Below are positions 50,901 to 58,644 of a DNA stretch of 64,000 bases, one piece after another (position 1 is the first letter of the stretch; each line of letters opens with the position of its first letter). Source of the DNA: a virus (taxonomy: Duplodnaviria > Heunggongvirae > Uroviricota > Caudoviricetes); IMG/VR virus record IMGVR_UViG_2868597578_000002; one strand, written 5' to 3'. The position numbers and the translations under genes are program-made. The notes below the pieces were generated by a model. That model worked only from the letters and a program-made list of their open reading frames with translations. It was not told the origin of the DNA and did no database searches.

Positions 50901-52406
50901 TCATCAACGATTGGCACTGGGGCAGCTGCTTCGTCGGTAAGCGTAAATGCCGATATCCTGTATCGTCAGGAAATAGACCAGGATGTTTATCGTGATATTT
51001 TAAATAGGGATAAAAACATATACTACACTTTTCCGGAAGAGCAAAAAGTACCAGATGGTATTACCCCAACACCTACTCCGGAAGGATATGTAAAAGCAGA
51101 TGCAAAAGGTGAAGTGTATGGATTCTATAATAATAATCAAGAGCTGATTTCTATGGTAATGGCTATGTTTGATTTTGAGGCAAGTTCTAGTACTTCAACA
51201 AAAAGCACAATCATTAGCAAAAAAGATGCTTCCGGCTTTGACGAGGCAAAAACAAACGACACATATCAAAAAGGTATGACGGATAAAGAAGTTGATGATA
51301 AATGGAAGCTGATAGAATACCTGAATGAAAAAGGCTTAGACCTGACAAATTACAAAGCAGGCGGCTATGATGATTTGAGATATTCGGCTTTGATTGGTCT
51401 TTTTAATGCTTCACATATTATCACGGGAACAGCCGTTAAGCAGTACCATGCAGGCCCAGACGGAACAATCAATCCAGTATATAACGATGATGGAAGGATT
51501 GTTGGTCAAAATAATACCGATGGTATGTCTTATCAAGTGCCGGTTATGGAAACGAAGACAAGACAAGTCAGAAACGAACACGGAGATATCCAAATCGAAT
51601 ACTACACCGGATATAAAACGGACTCGGATGGAAACATCGTTTATGAAACAAAGTATGCACCGTGTCCGGGCCATACAAAGTACAGTGGAGCAGTTATTAC
51701 CCTGCATTTTGATAGTCTGTTAAATCTTGATGACTGGTGGGAGAAAAACATCTATGGAGTAGATGATTTTGATAAGGAAAACCCTAACTATGAAAGCAGT
51801 GACGCAAGTGCAGATACATATAGAGCTAAAGAGAATACGCTAAAACGTACAATCCAGTATATTAAAAAGCCGGATTATTATAAGAGTCTGAGTGGAACAT
51901 GCTCAGAAGGAGAAAACTCTACCACAGACAGTTTCAATCCTGGAACGTGGGATGGAGACCAAGCAAAAGTTGCTAAAGAAGTATATGAATTCCTGACAAC
52001 AAAAATGTCGAGAAAATTAACCTCTGAACAGGCAATGGGAGTATTGGTAAATATCTATAGAGAATGCTCATTCAATTATACAGAAGAAGAAACTGGCGGT
52101 ACTGGATATGGCTTAACTCAATGGTCGTTTGGACGCAGAACAAAACTTGTTCAATGGTGTAACGCAAATGGATATCAGTACAATACGCTTGAAGGCCAGC
52201 TAAAACGTTTGGAATGCGAATTTACGGAAGATACGAGTGATTGGTCCCCGAGCGGAGTAGAAGGATTCTATGCATGTACGACTGCAAGAGAAGCAGGCGA
52301 ATTCTTTATTACGAATTACGAAAGGCCTGGTGCACAATATAAAGCGCAGCGTTTAGCCGAGATGGATTCAGATATCGCTACTATTCAGGCAATGTTACAG
52401 TCGTAA
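44952..52406 (+). CDS. Giant multidomain membrane protein (2484 aa) with a C-terminal lysozyme-like (phage-tail-lysozyme/VirB1-like) domain
   Basis: RBS gggaggtgaaaaggATG. Charged low-complexity N-terminal ~1000 aa with five copies of YxxDSYExxGQ. TM segments near residues ~1060 and ~1740. C-terminal ...GVLVNIYRECSFNYTEEETGGTGYGLTQWSFGRRTKLVQWC resembles lysozyme-like domains of conjugative-element cell-wall hydrolases. A family-3 hairpin repeat is embedded in frame at 47058-47104. Confidence 0.6.
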   Translation: MKRMLPKEEYISLLANLFQRGLCLDMIDIDGKQDSPDISDEERISFKAADEALSRVDLDELFDNAEILEIPDKYPEFYEYLRELQLERQEDGHGERTIEDVSADEEVEEGEEEPGPEEPQGLSTKDRVLKNIVDGEHTGNQRDSEKYRKGDEMRARLDEERREALSRAAEQERYDNEHRMSLESKLEDERGEAIARAEEQQRQREALRQKELAERPETTVNITSIHDKSKSADGVTNVVKGNIPDESTKHNESKTQYYEPDTFNEEREIHDRQESAHESNTSILTSHEGLNPRSASGYEREARTINKPSDLYQQMQTKDNDTLSDAQDRSHKYDKRDERPEPEKKDNNRSATNEYSSRITNDYAEKDSHITEDINRTGPQVFEPKRENVEQISGHEELNTKSAQDVSHVVKGDTYSDFFEQDRPEVRDERNRADVHNESRCQSSRGIREGSVGAGILDRKKAEDTAQYHSEAGSEAAVDNTRRTESENKYISDSYEKSGQRDTGETYKRHQYDEGYGGTDKENRLYEAENSHTNRNTERVGPNQGSEYNEGFIYKKDAGINKHTESEGSIVEKRREHDTEDYRSTQGFDKPNSSEPYKASSIPQHEKESVYDGNAISNPDSGNASNGTAQYKREASESKKYINDSYEQAGQRESADIQSHKGTGEDTYASFKPKTYDSVNLRSPSPDVDGVSSSTYTSGDLQTDGQPKVNRGFPSIDDATKNEDQSSSFVARNERRTYDATANSTDSIARKENGDSHSVLNSGADKRPSAEPASENAKRYVGSSYEMAGQKEAERKDRGYENLERQGLVDKPTGSVQPPFSDGIGEVEKKYEKSSTREISASEVTSRRQSAVDDLSKSERFQADNIVRRPISQMPDSHTASNQYPGLDGDSHQPSEAKAMVYDRQQDVGNHRDEKPGASVVEEVLRNRAANQENQDADRPSGGITERKQTYSRDSYESSGQAPVDEKRKEPYGQGETYSYVGRKDGQADRKVAENRVLKSDKTDVVYPQKRSSSVASESKNGLQSIKKKDETKVIEIPVPSGSGQTHTVRGAVAGAAAVTAVAAALAAREAAKATSDAAKTATDKAEGMVMLKDTSIMSASELAAYASAVNSAQAATQISGKQIADSYALAGQADAETIKMNVEQALANAREIAAGTRSGLNVPGAISGPVGPASSGATQNFNITRPSIHTLGIPGVVKNSNFTDVGMFVLKEGNQVTISRNGKSKRYTVRSDGTIRIDGIVLNVYSVDKDRAFVGWKNAAVYGGKIYTATGTVLDISTDGSIGTTKTLAGLEFHIKRDVKVNARQMTMAMTIAPALNQPITDADFVKVGDKFISNKVTESYSGLLYQKALNKGKVSQLIFKQKMAMHSVFRAQLLAGAAANMKSIDLKLDLNTLVANYDKILTSISGNSKQFYQMNVFLETRYLSDIERQYLFDAKAKLKHLGLTENTDTLKELLAGGGLSPEAASAITDYLNVYENTREKIIRKGVLGDQSVGDFKVERAFYAAALPYVLQARGLPSDKKALKKLLKAGTTSKETKELIRNVFKLQRRMFLLNLTETTLTAYAKGAVKAVKNGYRKIKSLANRYMGDDYTMRGLLMMESIIVGSAMKAYRTSRKIKWMRENAGRLLNSSIRLGKSIGNAAVAGYRGAKAGIHAVHMGGRAARKGFQYLRKNGLKKTLKKGVKKLRMKGTKVVRKGVLKVAKVAQKAAIKAIQAAIKLIQTLISALVAALGPIIIALIIVLAIILCIISYVKNAGNEVYYDAGDEDTTEVLQEMVDVLTLCHNSFRSELSNHFGGTSSTGSASGTDGSTMNAPQLQKGDSSKVQGLYDVTEGTWWNYEFTYQYIHGNWASGTRQQALDNKVTVEGNGNYAVVDQNGTKMYMAAFGSYWGKVGDVLKVEFNNEFTIGSQPASNTMYIIIADEKAWKDTGYPAEQEGIYGHHLGSHRDFAEFIGYGSKPAGLNGNGLIPTTATNMGSILDGTFDSSTIGTGAAASSVSVNADILYRQEIDQDVYRDILNRDKNIYYTFPEEQKVPDGITPTPTPEGYVKADAKGEVYGFYNNNQELISMVMAMFDFEASSSTSTKSTIISKKDASGFDEAKTNDTYQKGMTDKEVDDKWKLIEYLNEKGLDLTNYKAGGYDDLRYSALIGLFNASHIITGTAVKQYHAGPDGTINPVYNDDGRIVGQNNTDGMSYQVPVMETKTRQVRNEHGDIQIEYYTGYKTDSDGNIVYETKYAPCPGHTKYSGAVITLHFDSLLNLDDWWEKNIYGVDDFDKENPNYESSDASADTYRAKENTLKRTIQYIKKPDYYKSLSGTCSEGENSTTDSFNPGTWDGDQAKVAKEVYEFLTTKMSRKLTSEQAMGVLVNIYRECSFNYTEEETGGTGYGLTQWSFGRRTKLVQWCNANGYQYNTLEGQLKRLECEFTEDTSDWSPSGVEGFYACTTAREAGEFFITNYERPGAQYKAQRLAEMDSDIATIQAMLQS

Positions 52407-52508
52407 TATTGTGTATGTTCGACGCGTGATTGTGGTACGGGCGGAGCACTCCGCCCGTCATTGCGTCAGGCAAGGAAACCGCAAGCTGTGTTTGTAAGCG
52501 GTAGGAGG

Positions 52509-54290
52509 ATGATAAAATTGAGAAAACAACAAAAACAAAATAAACATAGAGAACGCTTAATTGCGGGAGTCGTGGCCATAATCCTTGTTTTAGCACTTAT
52601 ACTCACAAGTATTGCCGCGTCTCGCGTACCGGTTTATGCGGCTGGGGCCTCTACTACAGGAACTTCAACCGTCAAATCAAAAGCAAATAAATCCGGGCAA
52701 AAAAAAGCGACCCCAACACCAACGACAATGCCAAAAAAAGAAAAAAAAGCATTGGAAAAAATAATGAAAGGATTATCTACGTTTCATTATAAAGCATACG
52801 AATGGGCGGGATTAACCGTCGGAGGCATGCCGTTCGCTTTGGCGGAGGGGATTTATAATATATCTGATTTAAATACTGATGGAACAAAAACGCCAATATT
52901 TTGGAAAAATGAAGATACAGAATCAGAAATGAAAGATTTTTACTCTTCTACGAATTGGAATGAATTTGAAGGAATGTATGAAACAGTTGAGCTGAGTAAT
53001 AGCTGCGAAGCGGTTTTGTCTGATGAGGTTGCGAAGTATGAAGACCTGATGGACAAAGCGGCGGAAGATAATGGTTTTAAAACGTATAAGGAGATATTTA
53101 AGGCAATTGCGCAAGCAAGGTTTAATGAGCATAAAGATGAGTATGAAGCCATGAAAAAAGATATAAAAGGAGAGGGCAGCGATAAGTTTGATTTATTTCA
53201 TATCAATGGTTCATGGCTGGCAGATTCAAGCAACGGAGACGTTACTCCGGTAAGCAGCAAAGCAAATGTCTCGCCAAAAGACGAATATGGAGAAGATGAA
53301 AGGCTAAACCTAGCAAATAAGAAAAAAGAGGCTGGAAAATACACAGTGCAGGAATCCATAGATGCCGCGGCAAAGGCCTTTGCGAATATAGTGGAAGAAG
53401 CAGTCTATCCATCACCTTATAATACTGATTCATTGATGTGTGTTGTCCAGGGATTTGAATTTGGTGGAAGTTCTAAAGCAATAAAAAATCAATATAATAG
53501 GTCGCCACTAAAACTTGATGAAGAAACCGGATTTGTTACATTTACGGACTATTGTAGCAACAAGGCGTCAAGTAGTAAAAACCAATCCGCAGAAAAAGAA
53601 GAGGTGGATTATGACTCTATCATTGAGGCTTATGCAAAAGTAATCGCCCATGGTGAAGAAAGAGCTAATGCTGATGATGAAAATGGCAAATATAAATATT
53701 CGGACCAGAAGTTTTATCAAAAGGTATTTGAAAATTATAAATGCTCTGGCGGTGGTTCTGGAAACCTGGATATGGGACAATTACCGGATGATATGAAAGA
53801 GATACTGAAAAAGTGTATGGCGACATGGGATAGTAAGGTGACAAAAGAAAGGCGTGAGATTATACAGCAGGGAGTTATGCTGTATGGCGTGACGTATTCG
53901 ATGGACTATGCCAGAACTGACATTGATAATCCAAAGTATCTCGATTGCTCGTCTTTCGTTGGACAAAGTTATTGGAGGGCTGGTGTTCTTGATAAAAGTG
54001 CAGCTAGTTGGTGTACCGGAGATTTTTGCGAAGCGGGTAAAGGGTTTAAGCAAATAGATGCTGCTCAATTGATACCAGGTGACTTTGGACAAAAGACATG
54101 GACACCTGGAGGTAGCGGTGGCAATGAACATATTGGAATATATCTTGGAACGGTCGATGGTACTATGTACTGGCTTCACTGTACAAGCTGGTCTCCAGAA
54201 GCACCAAATACAAAATATGCACCAGGAAAAGGCGTTGTTATAAATGACTATAAAGGTTTTAAAGCGTATGGACAGTACCCAGGACTATGA
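52509..54290 (+). CDS. NlpC/P60-family cell-wall peptidase with a long N-terminal region
   Basis: N-terminal TM. C-terminal catalytic triad context: YLDCSSFVGQSYW (Cys), EHIGIYLG (His), WLHCTSW (His/polar). Start ATG 52509 or TTG 52518. Confidence 0.7.
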   Translation: MIKLRKQQKQNKHRERLIAGVVAIILVLALILTSIAASRVPVYAAGASTTGTSTVKSKANKSGQKKATPTPTTMPKKEKKALEKIMKGLSTFHYKAYEWAGLTVGGMPFALAEGIYNISDLNTDGTKTPIFWKNEDTESEMKDFYSSTNWNEFEGMYETVELSNSCEAVLSDEVAKYEDLMDKAAEDNGFKTYKEIFKAIAQARFNEHKDEYEAMKKDIKGEGSDKFDLFHINGSWLADSSNGDVTPVSSKANVSPKDEYGEDERLNLANKKKEAGKYTVQESIDAAAKAFANIVEEAVYPSPYNTDSLMCVVQGFEFGGSSKAIKNQYNRSPLKLDEETGFVTFTDYCSNKASSSKNQSAEKEEVDYDSIIEAYAKVIAHGEERANADDENGKYKYSDQKFYQKVFENYKCSGGGSGNLDMGQLPDDMKEILKKCMATWDSKVTKERREIIQQGVMLYGVTYSMDYARTDIDNPKYLDCSSFVGQSYWRAGVLDKSAASWCTGDFCEAGKGFKQIDAAQLIPGDFGQKTWTPGGSGGNEHIGIYLGTVDGTMYWLHCTSWSPEAPNTKYAPGKGVVINDYKGFKAYGQYPGL

Positions 54291-54304
54291 TATGGAGGAT
54301 AAAT

Positions 54305-54981
54305 GTATGAAATTAAAAAGAATAGTGAGATTTAGTCTGATAATTGGATTTGTTGCCTTATTTTTCATACAATCAACGAATGTATTTGCAAACAGCAATG
54401 AAAGTGAAACAAGCGAAGAGGATTTGAATGAAGATGATGAGTTACCAGATACTTTTTATCGTCCTAAATCAACTTTTACTTCTTCTTATGATTATGAAGA
54501 ATATTGCAAAGAAATGTACCGACATGGATATATGGATGAGAACTATAATTGGACACCAGCGGCTCAAAATTATATTGATAACATGAATGCTGAAACATTA
54601 GAAACACTTAATAAAGATGCCAAAGGAACGGTAGAACAGAGGGTTGCAGATGGCGAAATGAAACAAATAGACAATCCGTACATTTCATATGATGAATGGA
54701 AAAGGTTATCAGAAGAGAACAGCAAAAATAAAAATAGCAAAAACGAAAGCAACGCTGACACACAAACAGAAAGTGAATCTTCAAGCGAAGGTAATGCTGA
54801 GATTTCAGAATCACCGTCTAAAGATGATAATACAATCACAGTAACACCAGAAGAGGAGCAAGCAGAGAAGGAAGACGAAAAACCAAGTTCTCTTGCAAAC
54901 CGCATAAAACTTGTGTTTATGGTATTATTAGCAGTAGGCATTGCACTTGTTACATATTCTATTTATAAAAAACAATTCTAA
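54305..54981 (+). CDS. Secreted acidic protein with a C-terminal membrane anchor
   Basis: Start ATG 54305 after RBS tatggagga. Signal peptide. E/S/D-rich. C-terminal TM plus KKQF. Confidence 0.4.
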
Positions 54982-54993
54982 AAAAAGGAAAAG

Positions 54994-55028
54994 AGAGCCA
55001 AAAATATACGGCTCTCTTTTTTTTGTAT
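54994..55028 (+). terminator. Rho-independent terminator (agagagcc-loop-ggctctct plus T8)
   Basis: aagagagccaaaaatatacggctctcttttttttg. Confidence 0.6.
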
Positions 55029-55149
55029 AAAAAAAATAAATCATATAACACTCTGCAATTTTTTCTGCATATTAAAAGAGAACAGGAAATGCACAGCATA
55101 TATTGCTTAGTTTTGAAATTACAACTGCAGAAAAAAGAGGAGGATAAAA

Positions 55150-56310
55150 ATGGATTTAAAAGCATTTAATACAGCACAGGAAATTATTGCATGTAAAAAC
55201 CCAATGGTGTCACACTGGGTCATTGCTGTTGATATTGGTTTTTCAGGAGTAAAGGGAATGTCTCCGAATAAAAGGTTTTGCTTTCCGTCTTATGTTAAAC
55301 AGATTGAAAGCAATCTGATGTCGGTAGATGAAGAGGATATCTATTATAGGGATGAAGAAGGCCTGTATATGATTGGAACAAAAGCACAGGACCTTGTCCG
55401 AGCCGATGATACTAACGATACAGGTTCTACGTTTGACAGAAACCGATATTTTACAAAGGAATTCATCATTCTTGCCAGGACGGCTGTAGCTATCGGATTG
55501 ATGAGCAATGAAGTAAGAGAGGGAGGGCCACAGATTAAGCCATTTATCCAAACTGGACTTCCAGCCGCATACCTGAAAGCAGATGCGCCGAAAATCAAAA
55601 GCGCATTCACAGCACAGGGTGTTTATGAGGTAAAAATCGGTACTGGTAGATGGATTCGTTTTGAAAACAATTTAAGAAATAGTGATGTGAGCGTCATGTC
55701 TCAGCCAGCCGGAACCTTAAATTCCATTCTGTTCAATGATGAAGGAGAACGACGAGATGAAGCTAAAGAATTGATGGCGGAAAATATCATCATCGCTGAT
55801 ATTGGATTTGGCACGTTTGACCCATACGGAATCATCAATAGGAAGAAGGTTTTGGAGGAATCTATCAACAATCTCGGAATGAAACGAGTATTGGAGACGG
55901 CGGCTGAGTATATTTTTAAAGATTATCAGATGGATATCCGTATTCCACAAATGAGGAAATACATGAAAGACGGATATTTCAAGGTGGTTGATATCCGGCA
56001 GATGACCAGTAAAAAAATCCCGTTGGACGGATACATTGAAAAGGCGTGCAAGGAAGTGGCAACGCAGGCGGCGAAGAAACTGTATGAAATGGCAGAATAT
56101 TTCACCGATTACGATGTACTTGTTGTGACTGGTGGAACCGGTGCAGCATGGATTCAATATTTCAGGGAGACGTTATCAGGATTGGAAGATTTGAAGATTA
56201 TTCCTGGAAACGATGGAAACGAGCTTCCAATTTATTACGCAAACGCAAGGGGATATTATATGTCCGCTTATAGACGATTGAGAAAAGAGAGGACAGGTAA
56301 AAGTGAATGA
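55150..56310 (+). CDS. Actin-like ATPase of the ParM/StbA/Alp family (plasmid segregation)
   Basis: Phosphate-1 VIAVDIGFSGVKG, phosphate-2 IIADIGFGTFD and adenosine VVTGGTGAAW motifs of the actin fold. Confidence 0.65.
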   Translation: MDLKAFNTAQEIIACKNPMVSHWVIAVDIGFSGVKGMSPNKRFCFPSYVKQIESNLMSVDEEDIYYRDEEGLYMIGTKAQDLVRADDTNDTGSTFDRNRYFTKEFIILARTAVAIGLMSNEVREGGPQIKPFIQTGLPAAYLKADAPKIKSAFTAQGVYEVKIGTGRWIRFENNLRNSDVSVMSQPAGTLNSILFNDEGERRDEAKELMAENIIIADIGFGTFDPYGIINRKKVLEESINNLGMKRVLETAAEYIFKDYQMDIRIPQMRKYMKDGYFKVVDIRQMTSKKIPLDGYIEKACKEVATQAAKKLYEMAEYFTDYDVLVVTGGTGAAWIQYFRETLSGLEDLKIIPGNDGNELPIYYANARGYYMSAYRRLRKERTGKSE

Positions 56311-57281
56311 TGAAGGTAGAAGTAAAACTGTATTCCTATCATGACATGGACCTGGTTGGCCTGTATAAAACAGGGAAAGTTTCCTTTCCTGAAACAACCA
56401 GGCAAGTACTAAATTCTTATGCCCGTGGCGAAGTGTATAAAGTCAAATTATTACACACGAATGATAAAAGGCTCGCCAAGTATCCAAAGACGAGCTTCCG
56501 GAAGTATTATCACTATCATGTGGTACTGGATGGAAAGGAAGACTCTGATGCGATTTCCTTGCTGCATAAAATAACACCAGGATACAGAAACAATTTCATT
56601 AAAGTCGTACTACGTCAATATCTTTGCGGTGTTTTTCTTGAAGAGTACTGTGTCAATGGGGATACATCGTTTTTCAATGAAATGTCACGAAAATTTCAGG
56701 GTGGAAGAGATGAGAAAGAAATAAGACAGACAAAAAAAGAAAGAGATAAATGCACCCAAACAGAACTCAAAAGCCCTGATGTGACGACGAGAACTTTAAT
56801 AGAATCTGGTAGCGAGTCCGACTTTGTCGGCGAGTTATCAATAGAATCTGGTAACGAATCCGGCAGAGCCGGCGAGTTGACAAAAGCAGCAAGCAGAGGA
56901 GCTAAACTAAAAGAAAAACAAAAAAAAGGAATAACAGATGACACGGTTGACACTGATGAACGGAGTTTATGGGACAATGTAAAAGATGAGAATGAATCCA
57001 GGTATGTTGAGCTGCCTACAGAAAAGCATGAAGCAGAACCAGCAGATATCGTAAAAAATACTGAACACAAGGCCCTGATAAATGATAAGGCAAAGAGTAT
57101 TGAGCCTGGCTCCAAAGATAATAACAACAAGATAAAAGAAGATTCATTCGAATTGTCAAACAATAAAACCATGACAACCGCACACACTGACGCACATCCA
57201 AATATAGCGAATAGCGTTCAATCCTATAGCGATGAGGATGATTTCGACGAGTTCCTTGACGAAATGACAGAACAATATTAA
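56307..57281 (+). CDS. Hypothetical protein downstream of parM-like gene (possible segregation adaptor); contains in-frame family-1 repeats
   Basis: Start overlaps the upstream stop (tgaATGa). Nucleotides 56790-56885 are two family-1 repeat units translated as ESGSESDFVGELSIESGNESGRAGEL. The adaptor role is speculative. Confidence 0.35.
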   Translation: MMKVEVKLYSYHDMDLVGLYKTGKVSFPETTRQVLNSYARGEVYKVKLLHTNDKRLAKYPKTSFRKYYHYHVVLDGKEDSDAISLLHKITPGYRNNFIKVVLRQYLCGVFLEEYCVNGDTSFFNEMSRKFQGGRDEKEIRQTKKERDKCTQTELKSPDVTTRTLIESGSESDFVGELSIESGNESGRAGELTKAASRGAKLKEKQKKGITDDTVDTDERSLWDNVKDENESRYVELPTEKHEAEPADIVKNTEHKALINDKAKSIEPGSKDNNNKIKEDSFELSNNKTMTTAHTDAHPNIANSVQSYSDEDDFDEFLDEMTEQY

Positions 57282-57293
57282 GGAGATGATTAT

Positions 57294-57581
57294 ATGTACA
57301 ACAGACAGGATGTATTTAAAAAGCATATTCAAAAAAAGGCAGAAGAGTTAAACGACCTTTGTAAAACACTTGGTGTGGTTTCTTTTATGTCTTTTGCCAT
57401 TAAAGATAACGGGGTTTCTACTGATTATAAAAACTATATTTATGGCAGCACATCAAACGGTATTCGTTTATCAAATGACCAGATACGCGGACATGTAAAT
57501 GTATCAAATGGATTCCAGACGGTTCCACCTGGTGACAATATTGATGCTGATGATTATATGGATGATATTGATGATAATTAA
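57294..57581 (+). CDS. Small acidic hypothetical protein (95 aa)
   Basis: RBS attaaggagatgattatATG. Confidence 0.4.
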   Translation: MYNRQDVFKKHIQKKAEELNDLCKTLGVVSFMSFAIKDNGVSTDYKNYIYGSTSNGIRLSNDQIRGHVNVSNGFQTVPPGDNIDADDYMDDIDDN

Positions 57582-57592
57582 GGTGAATACAA

Positions 57593-58165
57593 ATGGCAAA
57601 AACAAAAATCATAATCATTGCTGAGAAAGGAGCAAACAAATACGAACCTGGAAAGATGCAGGGAATTGGCATCAAAATGTATATACTTAACAATGCGGCC
57701 GGTTTGAGTAGCGTGCGAGAGTTAAAAGGGAAGGATGCTGGCCCATGTCATTGTTATATTATTGGCAAAAGTCCGAAATATTGCGAATCCATAGAAAAGA
57801 CAATCAGAATAAATAAAACAAAATGGAAAATAGTAAAGACCTGCAAAAACGAAGACGAAATCATGAAACTCGAAAATAGGGAGTTTCTAAAGAAGGTTGA
57901 AGAGTCTGCAAAATTTAAAAAAAAGACAATGTCAAAATTACAGGAAGAAATCCTCAATATAAAAGCGATAGAACCGGACTTGGATGAAGAAGATATTGCA
58001 TGTGTAATCATGGCGGCAAACGAAGTGGAAGGAATGAAAATCTTTCCGGCTACCCCAGAGACAAAAATGAAGGCTTTTGAAAAAATGGTTCTAATGTATA
58101 CGCAGGACGAAGAGGTGACTATGAAAGGAGTGGAGGCATATTTAAGGATTAAAAATGTTTCGTGA
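57593..58165 (+). CDS. Hypothetical protein (190 aa)
   Basis: RBS taaggtgaatacaaATG. Confidence 0.45.
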   Translation: MAKTKIIIIAEKGANKYEPGKMQGIGIKMYILNNAAGLSSVRELKGKDAGPCHCYIIGKSPKYCESIEKTIRINKTKWKIVKTCKNEDEIMKLENREFLKKVEESAKFKKKTMSKLQEEILNIKAIEPDLDEEDIACVIMAANEVEGMKIFPATPETKMKAFEKMVLMYTQDEEVTMKGVEAYLRIKNVS

Positions 58166-58209
58166 AAGAAAAACGACAAAAAAATATATTTATTTGTCAT
58201 ATTGATATG

Positions 58210-58520
58210 AGACGAAAACATCGTCAAAAGAAGAAGCAATCACGCATCTGTAGATGATGATTTCCGTAACTAAAACTTTATTTTATGTCATCGATGGACG
58301 AGGGACCGCAGCCAGGTTTGCCATCAGGGGAGGACTGCCGTAAGCAGCACGACCCTGAACAGCTAGGCTGTCCGTTGGTTCGGAGGTTGCTGGACGTGTA
58401 CGGGGAGTCAGAAATCCCGTCCACGTCTGGCGAAGGTGAACGTAAGTTCATTTTTGATAGCTCGCACTTCGCGCTCGTAACCAGACTTCAAACGGGAGAC
58501 TTCCCGTTTTCCGTTAGTCT
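58210..58520 (+). ncRNA. Candidate small structured RNA (GC-rich, promoter-to-terminator unit)
   Basis: GCATATT-like motif gtcatattg (58197-58205). GC-rich ~300 nt beginning with an inverted family-3 hairpin (catcgatggacgaggg). Terminator aaacgggagacttcccgttttcc (58487-58512). ORF 58285..58566 lacks an RBS and is judged spurious. Confidence 0.3.
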
Positions 58521-58598
58521 GGTAACGACTCCGGATTTTGGTCGGGGAGTTATCGATTTATACTGAGAACGAAGGCGTTAAGCCTGAGTTATCACCGA
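58515..58598. repeat. Family-1 repeat copy (tctggtaacgactccggattttggtcggggagttatcga...gcctgagttatca)
   Basis: Matches the unit consensus seen at 25700-25780. Confidence 0.55.
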
Positions 58599-58644
58599 AT
58601 CATTGTTCAAAATGACAAATAGGAACAGGAGGAGTTAATGGCAA

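Noticed and set aside
58285-58566. 93-aa GC-rich ORF
   Set aside because: No RBS. It lies within a promoter-to-terminator GC-rich unit containing repeat modules. The amino-acid composition (P/G/R-rich) is typical of a spurious frame through GC-rich RNA.
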